A stretch of DNA of 64,000 bases from a virus: UHGV virus genome UHGV-0113858, one strand, 5' to 3'. Each line of letters begins with the position of its first letter. Within the stretch, counting starts at the first letter, position 1. A program made the position numbers and the translations under genes. This document shows positions 27,138 through 36,078 of the stretch, piece by piece. The notes beneath the pieces are model-generated. The model was not told where the DNA came from and did not search any database. It saw only the letters and a list, made by a program, of their open reading frames with translations.

Positions 27138-27314
27138 CTAATGATTTTCTAATAGCCGCCAAAAACGATCCAGGAAAAGGTTAGCCCAGAATGCGAATGC
27201 TATTCCAAACAACAACATCCCCAAGAACTCGCGAAATTCTGTTGTCAGCACCAGGCCAGTCCCCATGATAATGGTCATGATAACACAGCCCAAGGTTTTC
27301 CAGATCTCAATCAT
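27138..27314 (-). CDS. small membrane protein (about 58 aa)
   Basis: Manual translation MIEIWKTLGCVIMTIIMGTGLVLTT... ATGA-coupled to 27311..27559. Confidence 0.4.
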   Translation of the reverse strand: MIEIWKTLGCVIMTIIMGTGLVLTTEFREFLGMLLFGIAFAFWANLFLDRFWRLLENH

Positions 27315-27559
27315 AAAGCGCCATCCCAGATCTCAAAAGATTCACCACCAAGCCTGAGGAGATCATGCTCATGAATCGGACAACAACGAAATCCTTCCAG
27401 CAGGCACATTTTGTCTAAATTGTAAACAAGATATAAACTGCCTCCCTTAGACATGTAAATGTAAATGCCCTGTAACCACTTAGGGTCCCTGAAGTAAATT
27501 CCATTGCTCCGAGATTTCTTCAGAGCAGACTTTATCAAAACCAAATCATCGTAAATCAT
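27311..27559 (-). CDS. hypothetical protein (82 aa)
   Basis: ORF-track entry. Confidence 0.45.
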   Translation of the reverse strand: MIYDDLVLIKSALKKSRSNGIYFRDPKWLQGIYIYMSKGGSLYLVYNLDKMCLLEGFRCCPIHEHDLLRLGGESFEIWDGAL

Positions 27560-27571
27560 ATTTTATCCTCA

Positions 27572-27931
27572 TTAAGGCTTGGAAGGAGGGGCTGGTGGTG
27601 GACCTGGTCGCAACATCTTAGCAGAGACTGCGGCGATAATCTCTTCCCGTGTGGGATAGTAAATGCACTCATCCTCTTTTTCCTGGACGTGCTCTGCAAT
27701 CTTTGCCATTGCACTTTCTTTCGTCAAAGAGGAATTCCAAATGGTTAGCCACAGGAATCCAAAGAATTTTTCCTGCACCCACCAACGTCCACCTTGACAT
27801 TTTAGCCTAAATTTATTCATCGTAAGAAATCCCCTTAACATAACGCCAAGTTTTACGGCAATAGGCGAGCCACTTGGCAAGTTCGTCTTCACCAACACCA
27901 GATTTGCACAAATACCAGCCGTTGTCAACAC
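27572..27931 (-). CDS. hypothetical protein with Pro-rich C-terminal tail PGPPPAPPSKP (track start is GTG; ATG MNKFRL at about 27820 is possible)
   Basis: First gene of the minus block after the divergent promoter region. Confidence 0.45.
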   Translation of the reverse strand: MLTTAGICANLVLVKTNLPSGSPIAVKLGVMLRGFLTMNKFRLKCQGGRWWVQEKFFGFLWLTIWNSSLTKESAMAKIAEHVQEKEDECIYYPTREEIIAAVSAKMLRPGPPPAPPSKP

Positions 27932-28035
27932 TCACCCGCCCATAGATGCAGAAGTTTTTCATACGCCTCCCCATGATTTCTCCTTTGAAATTGTTTATCT
28001 TGGCATTATGACAGAAAAAGAGGTCGTGTCAACAG

Positions 28036-28064
28036 TTGATTGATACCAAATTTGTTGGTATACT
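28036..28064 (+). promoter_or_regulatory. sigma70 promoter TTGATT-N17-TATACT for the + cassette
   Basis: ttgatt gataccaaatttgttgg tatact. Confidence 0.55.
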
Positions 28065-28087
28065 CCCCATACAGATTTTAGAGGAGA

Positions 28088-29584
28088 TTGATTTTGAACT
28101 ACAGTGATTTTGGGGTTACTTGTGCAGAAGAGCTTGAACAGGATGAGTGGTCACTGAGCAGACCAACATTCGAAACACCGAAGGGTGGGGTGTTGACAGT
28201 GATTGGTCACAACGGAAAAAAGAGTAATATGAAAAGGTATATAGTCTACTGTAATAACTGCGCGTCAGATCCCCTCCTCTTTGGAGAGGCAGTATTTTCA
28301 TGCGGCAAAGAGTCATTAACTGGCGGGTCCTTTCCATGTGGGTGCTCTAAGAGACCCAAGTGGAATCAGAGACAACAGGTAGTAAGGGTGGAAAGGTTAC
28401 TTGAAGGAACCAAGTTATCATTCATCGGATTTGCCGAAAAATACTCTAATGCCTCCACAAGATTACTCGTCTCATGTGGAAAGTGTTCACATGACCGTTT
28501 TGTAAAAGAGGGTTTTTGCAAAGGAGTTTTCATAACAACTTATGATGGGATAAAGGCGGGGACGTTACCCTGCCGATGCTCTCCCTGTTACAAATGGAGT
28601 CATCAACAACAGGATGCAAGAATGAAATTTCTTGCAGAGGAGAATGGGCTAACCATTATTAAAAAGCTCGGTAGCGCACGTAATTACAACGATACCAAGT
28701 TTCTTCTTTCAGATAAGGATGGAAATCAGTGGTCTTGTTCCATACAATCCGCATTTTTCAGGAAAACACCTTTAGCATATCCGGGAAAAAATATAAAAAT
28801 GAGGTCAGAAAACTCACGGGCCACGGAAAGGGATTGGGAAGAGAGGTTCCTCTCGACAGGTAAATTTGTTAAAGGAACAACTTTTAAAAGATTGGCAAAG
28901 AGGAATCATCAAGGGGTCTTTTCTTTTTGGGAGGTGTTTTGCCCTGTCTGCGCCGATGATGATTATTCACGCGCTGGCCTGTGCAATGGAACATTTATAA
29001 GCAACTCTACAAACCTGTCCAAAGGGCAGGTTCCGTGTAGGTGCAATACCAAAAAACACAACTGGACAGAGGAACAACAGATTTTCCGCATATCTCCTGA
29101 GCTAAAGGCCAGGGGGTGGGAATTTTTAGGGTGGGTAGATGGTTACAGAGGTAGTAAATCAAAATTTTATTACAAGTGCCCTCATCATCCACACCACAAA
29201 TGTGAGACTAACATCTCCTCATTCCTGTCATTGGGCAGGGGTTGCCCATTGTGCTCTGGGAAATCACAAAAACAGGCCTATCTCCATGCTGTGCAGGATG
29301 GAGAGATTATATGGGCGGTTAAGTTCGGAATCTCCAATGATTGGGAAAAGAGATTGTATATGCAGAATTATCTAAACGCGATTAAATTGGAGAACTTGGG
29401 GGTGTGGGAGTTCTCTTCAGTTAAAACTTGCAAATTAGCAGAGAAGGAGTGTAAAATGTCTTTACAAACAGGGGTTGTGTCTAAGAACGTGATGCCTGAC
29501 GGGTGGAGTGAGACAACTCTCAGCCTTAATATTGAAAAAGTCATCGCCATTTATGAAAAACATGGTGGAAAAAGAATCAAATAG
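28088..29584 (+). CDS. Cys-rich protein with three internal zinc-ribbon-like repeats; C-terminal region weakly GIY-YIG/T5orf172-like (candidate nuclease)
   Basis: Repeats: CNNC..SCGK..PCGCSKRPKWNQRQQ, then CGKCSHD..PCRCSPCYKWSHQQQ, then CPVCADD..PCRCNTKKHNWTEEQQ. C-term CPHHPHHKC...CPLCSGKS and IIWAVKFGISNDWEKRL. Track start is TTG (28088); TTG at 28094 or ATG at 28232 are also possible. Confidence 0.55.
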   Translation: MILNYSDFGVTCAEELEQDEWSLSRPTFETPKGGVLTVIGHNGKKSNMKRYIVYCNNCASDPLLFGEAVFSCGKESLTGGSFPCGCSKRPKWNQRQQVVRVERLLEGTKLSFIGFAEKYSNASTRLLVSCGKCSHDRFVKEGFCKGVFITTYDGIKAGTLPCRCSPCYKWSHQQQDARMKFLAEENGLTIIKKLGSARNYNDTKFLLSDKDGNQWSCSIQSAFFRKTPLAYPGKNIKMRSENSRATERDWEERFLSTGKFVKGTTFKRLAKRNHQGVFSFWEVFCPVCADDDYSRAGLCNGTFISNSTNLSKGQVPCRCNTKKHNWTEEQQIFRISPELKARGWEFLGWVDGYRGSKSKFYYKCPHHPHHKCETNISSFLSLGRGCPLCSGKSQKQAYLHAVQDGEIIWAVKFGISNDWEKRLYMQNYLNAIKLENLGVWEFSSVKTCKLAEKECKMSLQTGVVSKNVMPDGWSETTLSLNIEKVIAIYEKHGGKRIK

Positions 29585-29592
29585 GAGATAAA

Positions 29593-29832
29593 ATGTCAGA
29601 ACAAGTTCTTGAACAAGATAAGTACAAAATTTACGAAGTCGTCCTCATCGATGGTCAATACGAGGCAACGATTCGGGATATCTTTACCCGGACTGTCCGC
29701 AAGGACGAGGATACCGTTGAGGTTTATGTGTCTTATCGTCTTCACGAGAAGGATTGGTGGTGGCAGGAAATTCTCCCTCACCGTGTACAAAAGTTGAATG
29801 GCGAACTTAACTTTGGAGATAAAAAATGCTGA
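29593..29832 (+). CDS. hypothetical protein (79 aa)
   Basis: SD GGAGATAAAATG. Confidence 0.5.
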   Translation: MSEQVLEQDKYKIYEVVLIDGQYEATIRDIFTRTVRKDEDTVEVYVSYRLHEKDWWWQEILPHRVQKLNGELNFGDKKC

Positions 29833-30122
29833 AATTAGAAGATAGTGGTATGCCTGATCGTAACGAGCCAGACCATAAGGTTTGTGTTGATTCCATCTGC
29901 CTGCTGTATGGATTCTCGGAGGATAATATCCTTAATGGAAAACGCTGTCTTGTGCTGGAGAAGACCATCCTCGGTGTAAATGGATATTACCCTCGTAACG
30001 AATCCTGGTTTCTTTGTCACGTTGATGGACTCCCATATCTGCATGATATCCGATCTGATCACTTGATGCACCTGGACGATTCAGATCATCTCGTGATAGA
30101 AAAGCTATCCAAAGGTCAATAA
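29826..30122 (+). CDS. hypothetical protein (98 aa)
   Basis: Overlapping coupled start. Ends at the terminator. Confidence 0.5.
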   Translation: MLKLEDSGMPDRNEPDHKVCVDSICLLYGFSEDNILNGKRCLVLEKTILGVNGYYPRNESWFLCHVDGLPYLHDIRSDHLMHLDDSDHLVIEKLSKGQ

Positions 30123-30153
30123 AAAAAACCCGGCGATTGCCGGGTTTTTTTTT
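30121..30153. terminator. bidirectional rho-independent terminator A8-cccggc-gatt-gccggg-T9
   Basis: Seen directly. Sits between convergent genes. Confidence 0.8.
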
Positions 30154-30526
30154 ATACATCTTTCAACCATTCATTCCTTTCGGTATAAATCATACGGTTT
30201 TTCTTCTTTCTGTTGAGGGTAGCAGGTATCACTTGGATATTATCACCACAGTTAAGGCCGGACACTTTAGTTGCCCTGAGCGGAAGCATATGGTCTGGTT
30301 CCCACTTTATTCCAGTATCTTCACAGCGAACAGAACACAAGTGGTCAGCCTCATCTCTGACAAACTCATCCCACTCACTATGGAGGGTAGCACGTTTCTC
30401 TGCTTCAATACGAGCAAGACGGATACGAAGTTGTTCTGCTTTACCTTCCGGTGTGGAACGCCGCTGACGATCAATCTCACGACGACGGGCGGCATACTGA
30501 CGATAATACTCCTGACGATCTCTCAT
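30152..30526 (-). CDS. small HNH-family endonuclease-like protein (124 aa)
   Basis: C..C..., WEPDHMLPL and GDNIQVIPATLNRKK give the H-N-H pattern. Confidence 0.5.
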   Translation of the reverse strand: MRDRQEYYRQYAARRREIDRQRRSTPEGKAEQLRIRLARIEAEKRATLHSEWDEFVRDEADHLCSVRCEDTGIKWEPDHMLPLRATKVSGLNCGDNIQVIPATLNRKKKNRMIYTERNEWLKDV

Positions 30527-30538
30527 AAGAATCTCCTC

Positions 30539-31018
30539 TTAATGCAAGGTCAGAAATACCGTTAACAGGCCGTAGAGAACTGCCGCCAGAAGAAACCAGC
30601 GGTTATTGGAATTTCTGAACCAGTCTTTTACTCGGTATTTTACACCTAGCGTTTTCTTGTGTTCACTGATAATCCTATCCAACGATCTATAGAGATCACG
30701 AATAGAGGCTTCGAACCCTTCATAACTATCAAAGGCCTCTTCCAGATGTTCTGGATCTAGCTTCCCCATGTCTCCAACACGAAAAGTGTAAGTTGTTGGT
30801 CTTATGGTATTTGAACCTCTAGTGACGTCCAGACGACCAACTTTGATAGAAAAAAGGATGCCGTTTTTGGCATCCCTTATGACGAGAACTCGTTCTTCTG
30901 TCACAGGCTCCCTTACGAGAGCGATGCAACCTTTTGAGTTTTCTATAAAACCCTTTTCCAGCAGAGTATGCCAGTGCTCTCGAAGGATAGGGTGTTCACG
31001 TACAATCTTTTGAAACAT
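30539..31018 (-). CDS. hypothetical protein (159 aa)
   Basis: ORF-track entry. Confidence 0.5.
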   Translation of the reverse strand: MFQKIVREHPILREHWHTLLEKGFIENSKGCIALVREPVTEERVLVIRDAKNGILFSIKVGRLDVTRGSNTIRPTTYTFRVGDMGKLDPEHLEEAFDSYEGFEASIRDLYRSLDRIISEHKKTLGVKYRVKDWFRNSNNRWFLLAAVLYGLLTVFLTLH

Positions 31019-31090
31019 ACTAACCTCCTATCTTAATGATAGATCCATTTTATCATGAAAAACAGGGTTATCATATAAGATAGGGACGAT

Positions 31091-31321
31091 TCAGCACTTA
31101 AAACTGCACTTGGGACAAGGACAAGATATGCCGTGGAAGCATAAACCAGTGCCATCTTTTCTAACACCAGTGCCACCACAATTCGGACAAGAGTCATGCA
31201 AGCACTTCATAGTCCCGGTATCACCTGAAGAATGCCATACAACTTTCTCGATGCCTTGCTGGGCATAGTATCTTTCTCTCATAATCTTTGCCTGTTCTGG
31301 AGTGAGAAGACCATAACTCAT
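31091..31321 (-). CDS. small DnaJ-type zinc-finger protein (CxxCxGxG)
   Basis: CPNCGGTG plus a CPCPKC motif. Confidence 0.5.
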   Translation of the reverse strand: MSYGLLTPEQAKIMRERYYAQQGIEKVVWHSSGDTGTMKCLHDSCPNCGGTGVRKDGTGLCFHGISCPCPKCSFKC

Positions 31322-31480
31322 ACTGTATACCCCTTACATTGTAGCCAAACAAAGAAATCCTCCATCCAATCTTCCTGATCTCTGGTGTCGGGCCAGTTCT
31401 CAGGTTCTTCGGAGAGATTCCTGTGCATTTTATATTCTGATTGCCATTCTGAAATCAGTTCTACCATTCTACCCATAAAC

Positions 31481-31693
31481 TCAAGCTGTCGCATTTCTTC
31501 TCCTCATAACATAGTGGATTAAGGCCCCGAAGGGCCATGCAAAACCGATGGCAAAACAAATTTCAGACCAATCCCGATCCGTCTTGGCCTTATAGATTTG
31601 CTTCAGGACTGTATCCTTTTCCATCCTGATTGAGTATACCACGGCTATGATTGAATATGCAACACCAAATATCCCTACCAGCGCTTCAATCAT
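31481..31693 (-). CDS. small membrane protein (70 aa)
   Basis: Two TM helices. Confidence 0.45.
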   Translation of the reverse strand: MIEALVGIFGVAYSIIAVVYSIRMEKDTVLKQIYKAKTDRDWSEICFAIGFAWPFGALIHYVMRRRNATA

Positions 31694-32763
31694 ACCATTT
31701 TACTCCAGCACATATCCTGAGCCGTCATGAGAACCCTGGCAAACAGGTCAAGATCCGCCATTTTAGGAAGCTGTGTCTTTTTGTACAAATCTTCCCGGAT
31801 ATAATGGTCCTTCTCGTCAGCCCATGAGAGCAGTTCGTCAAGAGTCCACTTACCAGCCCGGATATCGAGAAGTTCCTGAGCATCAGGACGCTTCACAAGC
31901 ACCTTCCCATCAGAAAGAATCTCTTCTGCCATACGCATCAGGCGTACAAGGTGCATCGCGTGTTTGGTATCATAACCAAAGTCAACTTCGAGCTGATGAC
32001 GAACTTCGTTTCGGTTCTGTTTCCATGTCCAATAGTTACGATGCTTCTCTTTCGCCTGCTTGTGGTCTTCTGCTAGGTACTTGACAATGAACACAGGCTT
32101 TCTTCTTTTATCAGCATCCGATAACTGCTGGTAGTCCACACGACGGATCGAACCATCGGTATTAAACATCCCTGAGCTGCTGAAGTTTTCCATCACCCCG
32201 TAGATATCATTCCCATAAGGCACAAGGATACACATATCGTTGAGGTTGTTCATTGCTTCCATGAAACGATCATGTTTAATTGCCCCGGCAAGGAATTCGT
32301 TCTCACTATAGTTGTGAACTAATCGGAAGAATTCCTTTTGCGTAGGCTTTGCCTCAGGCTGCGGGTTGCTGATCCATTTATCGTGACCACGAATACGCTT
32401 CAACTGAGCCATCGCATACCCAGAAAAGGAGAACGCTACCTTACTGGTCAGTAGCGCCGGGGCCATTGTGCGAAGATATTCATAAACTTCAGAGGTTTGC
32501 AGAATATCCATATCGTCGACAAACATCAGTTCGATAATGTTGGGGTTCATCTCTGCAAACAATTTCATGAAGTTTGTCAGCTCATAAATCTTCCCATCTT
32601 CTTCATCTTCCAGTGTCTGCTCTTTAATGTTAAAGAACGGTGTGCGAATGAATTTAGGAGGGGCGCAGAACAGACCCCGGATATCCACATCACTAGTTGG
32701 CAGATTTGTGCCATAAGCCAAACTTCCTGAGTGACATCGCATCACTTCGAAATTTTCCATCAT
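31690..32763 (-). CDS. Pol-beta-superfamily nucleotidyltransferase (Cid1/TUTase/OAS/cGAS-like signature)
   Basis: GSLAYGTNLPTSDVDIRGLF matches the GS-x(n)-(D/E)hD NTase motif. Later acidic ELMFVDDMD. 357 aa. Confidence 0.55.
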   Translation of the reverse strand: MMENFEVMRCHSGSLAYGTNLPTSDVDIRGLFCAPPKFIRTPFFNIKEQTLEDEEDGKIYELTNFMKLFAEMNPNIIELMFVDDMDILQTSEVYEYLRTMAPALLTSKVAFSFSGYAMAQLKRIRGHDKWISNPQPEAKPTQKEFFRLVHNYSENEFLAGAIKHDRFMEAMNNLNDMCILVPYGNDIYGVMENFSSSGMFNTDGSIRRVDYQQLSDADKRRKPVFIVKYLAEDHKQAKEKHRNYWTWKQNRNEVRHQLEVDFGYDTKHAMHLVRLMRMAEEILSDGKVLVKRPDAQELLDIRAGKWTLDELLSWADEKDHYIREDLYKKTQLPKMADLDLFARVLMTAQDMCWSKMV

Positions 32764-32769
32764 CTCTCC

Positions 32770-33144
32770 TTAGGAGGTTACCAGTTTCATCGGGCGTTTC
32801 ATATCCCAAAAGTTCAGGAGGCCCTGACACAGTTGCTTTGTGGGCAGACCATCTTTATTCATCGGGGCTTCGTCACGCAGACGGCGGATCTCTTCAAGCA
32901 GAAGGATCACCTCATCTGGATAATAACCAGTAGGCTCTTCCGCCTTGATCATGCAGATACCAGGTTTCCACTTAGACAAAGAGTAACGACTCTCGTCTTC
33001 TTCCCGGTTAGGGTATGCATCAACCAACACCTTAGCCAGCTTACCACGGATCTGCTTTACAATACCGGGTTTTAGTTCATTGTACCCGAAATAAATATAA
33101 ACAGAGTCGCCAACCTTGAGAGTATCGCCACGAACATCATTCAT
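32770..33144 (-). CDS. hypothetical protein (124 aa)
   Basis: ORF-track entry. Confidence 0.5.
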   Translation of the reverse strand: MNDVRGDTLKVGDSVYIYFGYNELKPGIVKQIRGKLAKVLVDAYPNREEDESRYSLSKWKPGICMIKAEEPTGYYPDEVILLLEEIRRLRDEAPMNKDGLPTKQLCQGLLNFWDMKRPMKLVTS

Positions 33145-33145
33145 G

Positions 33146-33637
33146 CTATTCTCCTTTCAGTCGGAAAGATTTGATCATGGTAATCAGGTCTTTCTCCACT
33201 TGGGTATAGTTGTGGATAACATTTCCCATCTCATCACGATACTGATTCGCAATTTGTGGACCTGACAGTTGACCTGGTCGGTATACTAGATCCGCAACTT
33301 CCATGTATTGTGGATTGTACATATACTCTGGTAGCACAACAGCAACCGCCGTCATTGCCCCGTTAAGAGCATCCTTTTCCTCACAGAACGAGGCCCACGG
33401 ATACGTGGCCGAAACAGGGATCAGCTTTTCACACAAGGATTGAAGGCTTGACTGATAACCGCCATTAAGAACAATGATAGTCTTATCTTCATCCGCCCAT
33501 TCCAATACTAACTTACCTGCCTTTGTCTTGGCAGGGGTGTAGTCACGGAATACCTCCGCGATCGCATGAGCGGACTGAATTCCGGCATGGATACCTGCAA
33601 TATATTGATTTACTACGCAATACATACGTGTCTTCAT
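33146..33637 (-). CDS. hypothetical protein (163 aa)
   Basis: ORF-track entry. Confidence 0.5.
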   Translation of the reverse strand: MKTRMYCVVNQYIAGIHAGIQSAHAIAEVFRDYTPAKTKAGKLVLEWADEDKTIIVLNGGYQSSLQSLCEKLIPVSATYPWASFCEEKDALNGAMTAVAVVLPEYMYNPQYMEVADLVYRPGQLSGPQIANQYRDEMGNVIHNYTQVEKDLITMIKSFRLKGE

Positions 33638-33852
33638 TATTTCTTTCTCCTGTACACAACTGTCCTACTATTCAGATGCTTCCCTACCCAACCACAAATG
33701 GCGCATAAAATGGCTAGCCACCAAAAAACACCACAGATCAGGGAAATTAAAATATCTTCGACCCTCAGTAAATCTTGTTCACGAAGGATGTGATAAATTA
33801 TAGCCACTGCTGTGATGATACCGAGAACAATATAAATAATGGCAAAAATCAT
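33637..33852 (-). CDS. small membrane protein (71 aa)
   Basis: Hydrophobic. Confidence 0.45.
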   Translation of the reverse strand: MIFAIIYIVLGIITAVAIIYHILREQDLLRVEDILISLICGVFWWLAILCAICGWVGKHLNSRTVVYRRKK

Positions 33853-34205
33853 TTTTCTTTCCTTTCTTTCAAAAACTTACCAAGAAGGAATGCCCCTAAT
33901 GCCAAGATAGCAACCCCCGCAGCAAGCACAAGAATAGGGAGCAGTAGCACACCCATTGCAATAATTACTGGAAGGAATAATCCACACATGACCGCAAGGC
34001 AAGCTGGCAGGCCATACTTGTACCAGATAGTATCATCTTCTGCCCGGTAACTGATACCAATCCCCAGCCCAGCCAGGAGGCTGAACACGAACATAAGCAA
34101 GAATGCGTTATTAAAGATAAATCTCCATACAGGAAGTACAACATCATCGATATAATTCATTTTCCTATCCTTTTTTGAAGAACTCTGTGTATTTAAACAT
34201 AGCAC
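33849..34205 (-). CDS. membrane protein (118 aa, three or more TM segments)
   Basis: Hydrophobic. Confidence 0.5.
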   Translation of the reverse strand: MLCLNTQSSSKKDRKMNYIDDVVLPVWRFIFNNAFLLMFVFSLLAGLGIGISYRAEDDTIWYKYGLPACLAVMCGLFLPVIIAMGVLLLPILVLAAGVAILALGAFLLGKFLKERKEK

Positions 34206-34374
34206 CCTTGTAGCTTGGATGCAAGCGATAATTACAACCTTTTTCGATACACCAGTCTGTGGCCTTGTTACGCAGGGCTACTAAACCGCACCATGCACAA
34301 ACTTGCTTCCCTGCATGTTTGTCCAGAAAGAAATGATGTTTCTCGTAGGTGTACTCTTCTTTGTCCTTAGACAT
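34165..34374 (-). CDS. small Cys-containing protein (about 69 aa; track 34165..34569 overlaps the upstream gene; ATG MSKDKEEY verified at 34374)
   Basis: CAWCG...C..C...GC. TAA/ATG coupling. Confidence 0.4.
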   Translation of the reverse strand: MSKDKEEYTYEKHHFFLDKHAGKQVCAWCGLVALRNKATDWCIEKGCNYRLHPSYKGAMFKYTEFFKKG

Positions 34375-34825
34375 TGTTCTTCGCCTCCAGCCAATTCCCA
34401 AGTTCATCTCTGGCCTGTTTGAAAGATTCAAGTTCAAGCAGTTTTTCATCTTTTTCCGTGAGCCTATCTGCCAGGTTGAAAAGTCTTGCCAACGCATGGT
34501 TGAGCAGCGTTCTCTCAAACAGAGTAGCCCAAGAAATTCCTTTGAAGCTGATTGCGTGATCAGTCCCATACTCAGTTATATCGAAGATTTCCACCTTCTC
34601 TATGCGGAAAGGAAGCTCTCCATTTTTCCACACAAGAAATTTCCTTTTCCCTTCATTTCTGGTCCTAAAGTTGTTCGCCTCTTTTTCCAAGAACTTAAGG
34701 AATTCCCAAGCCGGGTAATCACATCTCGCCACAAGTCGAGCATACTCTGCCTTCGCGTCTATAGTATTCTTTGGAGAGCGTCTTATCCACCACAAGTTGA
34801 AATCTTCGTGACTTACAAGTTTCAT
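34367..34825 (-). CDS. hypothetical protein (152 aa)
   Basis: ATGA-coupled to the CCA enzyme gene. Confidence 0.5.
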   Translation of the reverse strand: MKLVSHEDFNLWWIRRSPKNTIDAKAEYARLVARCDYPAWEFLKFLEKEANNFRTRNEGKRKFLVWKNGELPFRIEKVEIFDITEYGTDHAISFKGISWATLFERTLLNHALARLFNLADRLTEKDEKLLELESFKQARDELGNWLEAKNNV

Positions 34826-36069
34826 GGTCTCTCCTTAAGAACATTACGGATTGCATCGATACGTGCAACACGGATCGCCTCACCGATCTCCTTACCGCTT
34901 TTGCCTTTCTCCAGCATTGCGGAAGATACCGCCTTGCTGTCCGTATTTACAACCGCCTCGAAAGCATCAAGGAGAATTTTTCCTTGCGGGTATTCCTTAT
35001 CTGCGTGCGTGGCACCACGACCACGGGCATCGCAGAAACAAGCGTCTGCTAAGGCAAACACCTTGTCCTGTGTCTTCTGACTAGCCACGTTACCTGCGGC
35101 TTCGAAAAGCTTCATCATGGAACGTGGCTTGATTCCTTTATTATTCCCACGGCCCAAAATGCAATGCACACGAGTATGGTGCTCTGTCACGTACAGCGCA
35201 ATATCCCTGAATTCGTTAGGAACTCGAATCCGACTGCACAGCGTCCGCACAGGATCAAGACCAGCCTCTTCATGACCGAGGAGATTACCGTACTTACGGA
35301 AAGTGATCGCCTTTCCAAAGTCATGGCACAGCACCGCAAATTTCACCTGAGGAGAGCAAAAGGTTTTGTCTGCATGATGTAGACACATTAATGTATGAAT
35401 GAAAGCGTCTCCCTCCGGGTGATGTTCTGGTGGCTGCTCTACTCCACGTAGGGCATCCAGTTCTGGAAGTTCACCCATAATCGACATGTGGTAGGCGTAA
35501 TTATGGAAGTTTTTGGAATTTAAGGCCTTTTCCATTTCTTTCCATTTCCGCTCAGGGCTAATCTCCGCAAGACGGTGACGATTATTAAACATAAGTGTGT
35601 ATGTTTTATGGTCAACAGACCAACTCTCACCCAACTGCGACTTAAGACGGAAAAGACGCAGAATACGCAGCGGGTCATCCATGAACGCCGACGTAGTATG
35701 ACGAAGAATCATATTCGACAGGTCATGCATACCATTGAACGGGTCAATGATAAATCCTGTCTCCATGTCTTTAGCCATCGCATTGATCGTCAGGTCACGA
35801 CGCGATAAATCCTCTTCCAGAGTTACATCCGGGCTGAAGAAGGTCTCAAAGCCAGTATGGCCCTCACCCGTTTTGCGCTCAGTACGGGCCAGTGCGTATT
35901 CTTCTTTGGTTTCAGGATGCAAGTACACCGGGAAAGCAGCGCCAACCTGGGTGAAACCTTTTTCAATCATCTCTTCGTGTGTTGCACCCACAACCACGTA
36001 ATCACGGTCATGAACTGGACGACCCAGCAGACCATCACGAACAGCGCCACCTACCAGATATACTTTCAT
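34822..36069 (-). CDS. cca: CCA-adding tRNA nucleotidyltransferase with HD domain
   Basis: MKVYLVGGAVRDGLLGRPVHDRDYVV head-domain motif. HD-domain residues HHPEGD and H..D.GK are also present. Confidence 0.85.
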   Translation of the reverse strand: MKVYLVGGAVRDGLLGRPVHDRDYVVVGATHEEMIEKGFTQVGAAFPVYLHPETKEEYALARTERKTGEGHTGFETFFSPDVTLEEDLSRRDLTINAMAKDMETGFIIDPFNGMHDLSNMILRHTTSAFMDDPLRILRLFRLKSQLGESWSVDHKTYTLMFNNRHRLAEISPERKWKEMEKALNSKNFHNYAYHMSIMGELPELDALRGVEQPPEHHPEGDAFIHTLMCLHHADKTFCSPQVKFAVLCHDFGKAITFRKYGNLLGHEEAGLDPVRTLCSRIRVPNEFRDIALYVTEHHTRVHCILGRGNNKGIKPRSMMKLFEAAGNVASQKTQDKVFALADACFCDARGRGATHADKEYPQGKILLDAFEAVVNTDSKAVSSAMLEKGKSGKEIGEAIRVARIDAIRNVLKERP

Positions 36070-36078
36070 CTTTTCTCC

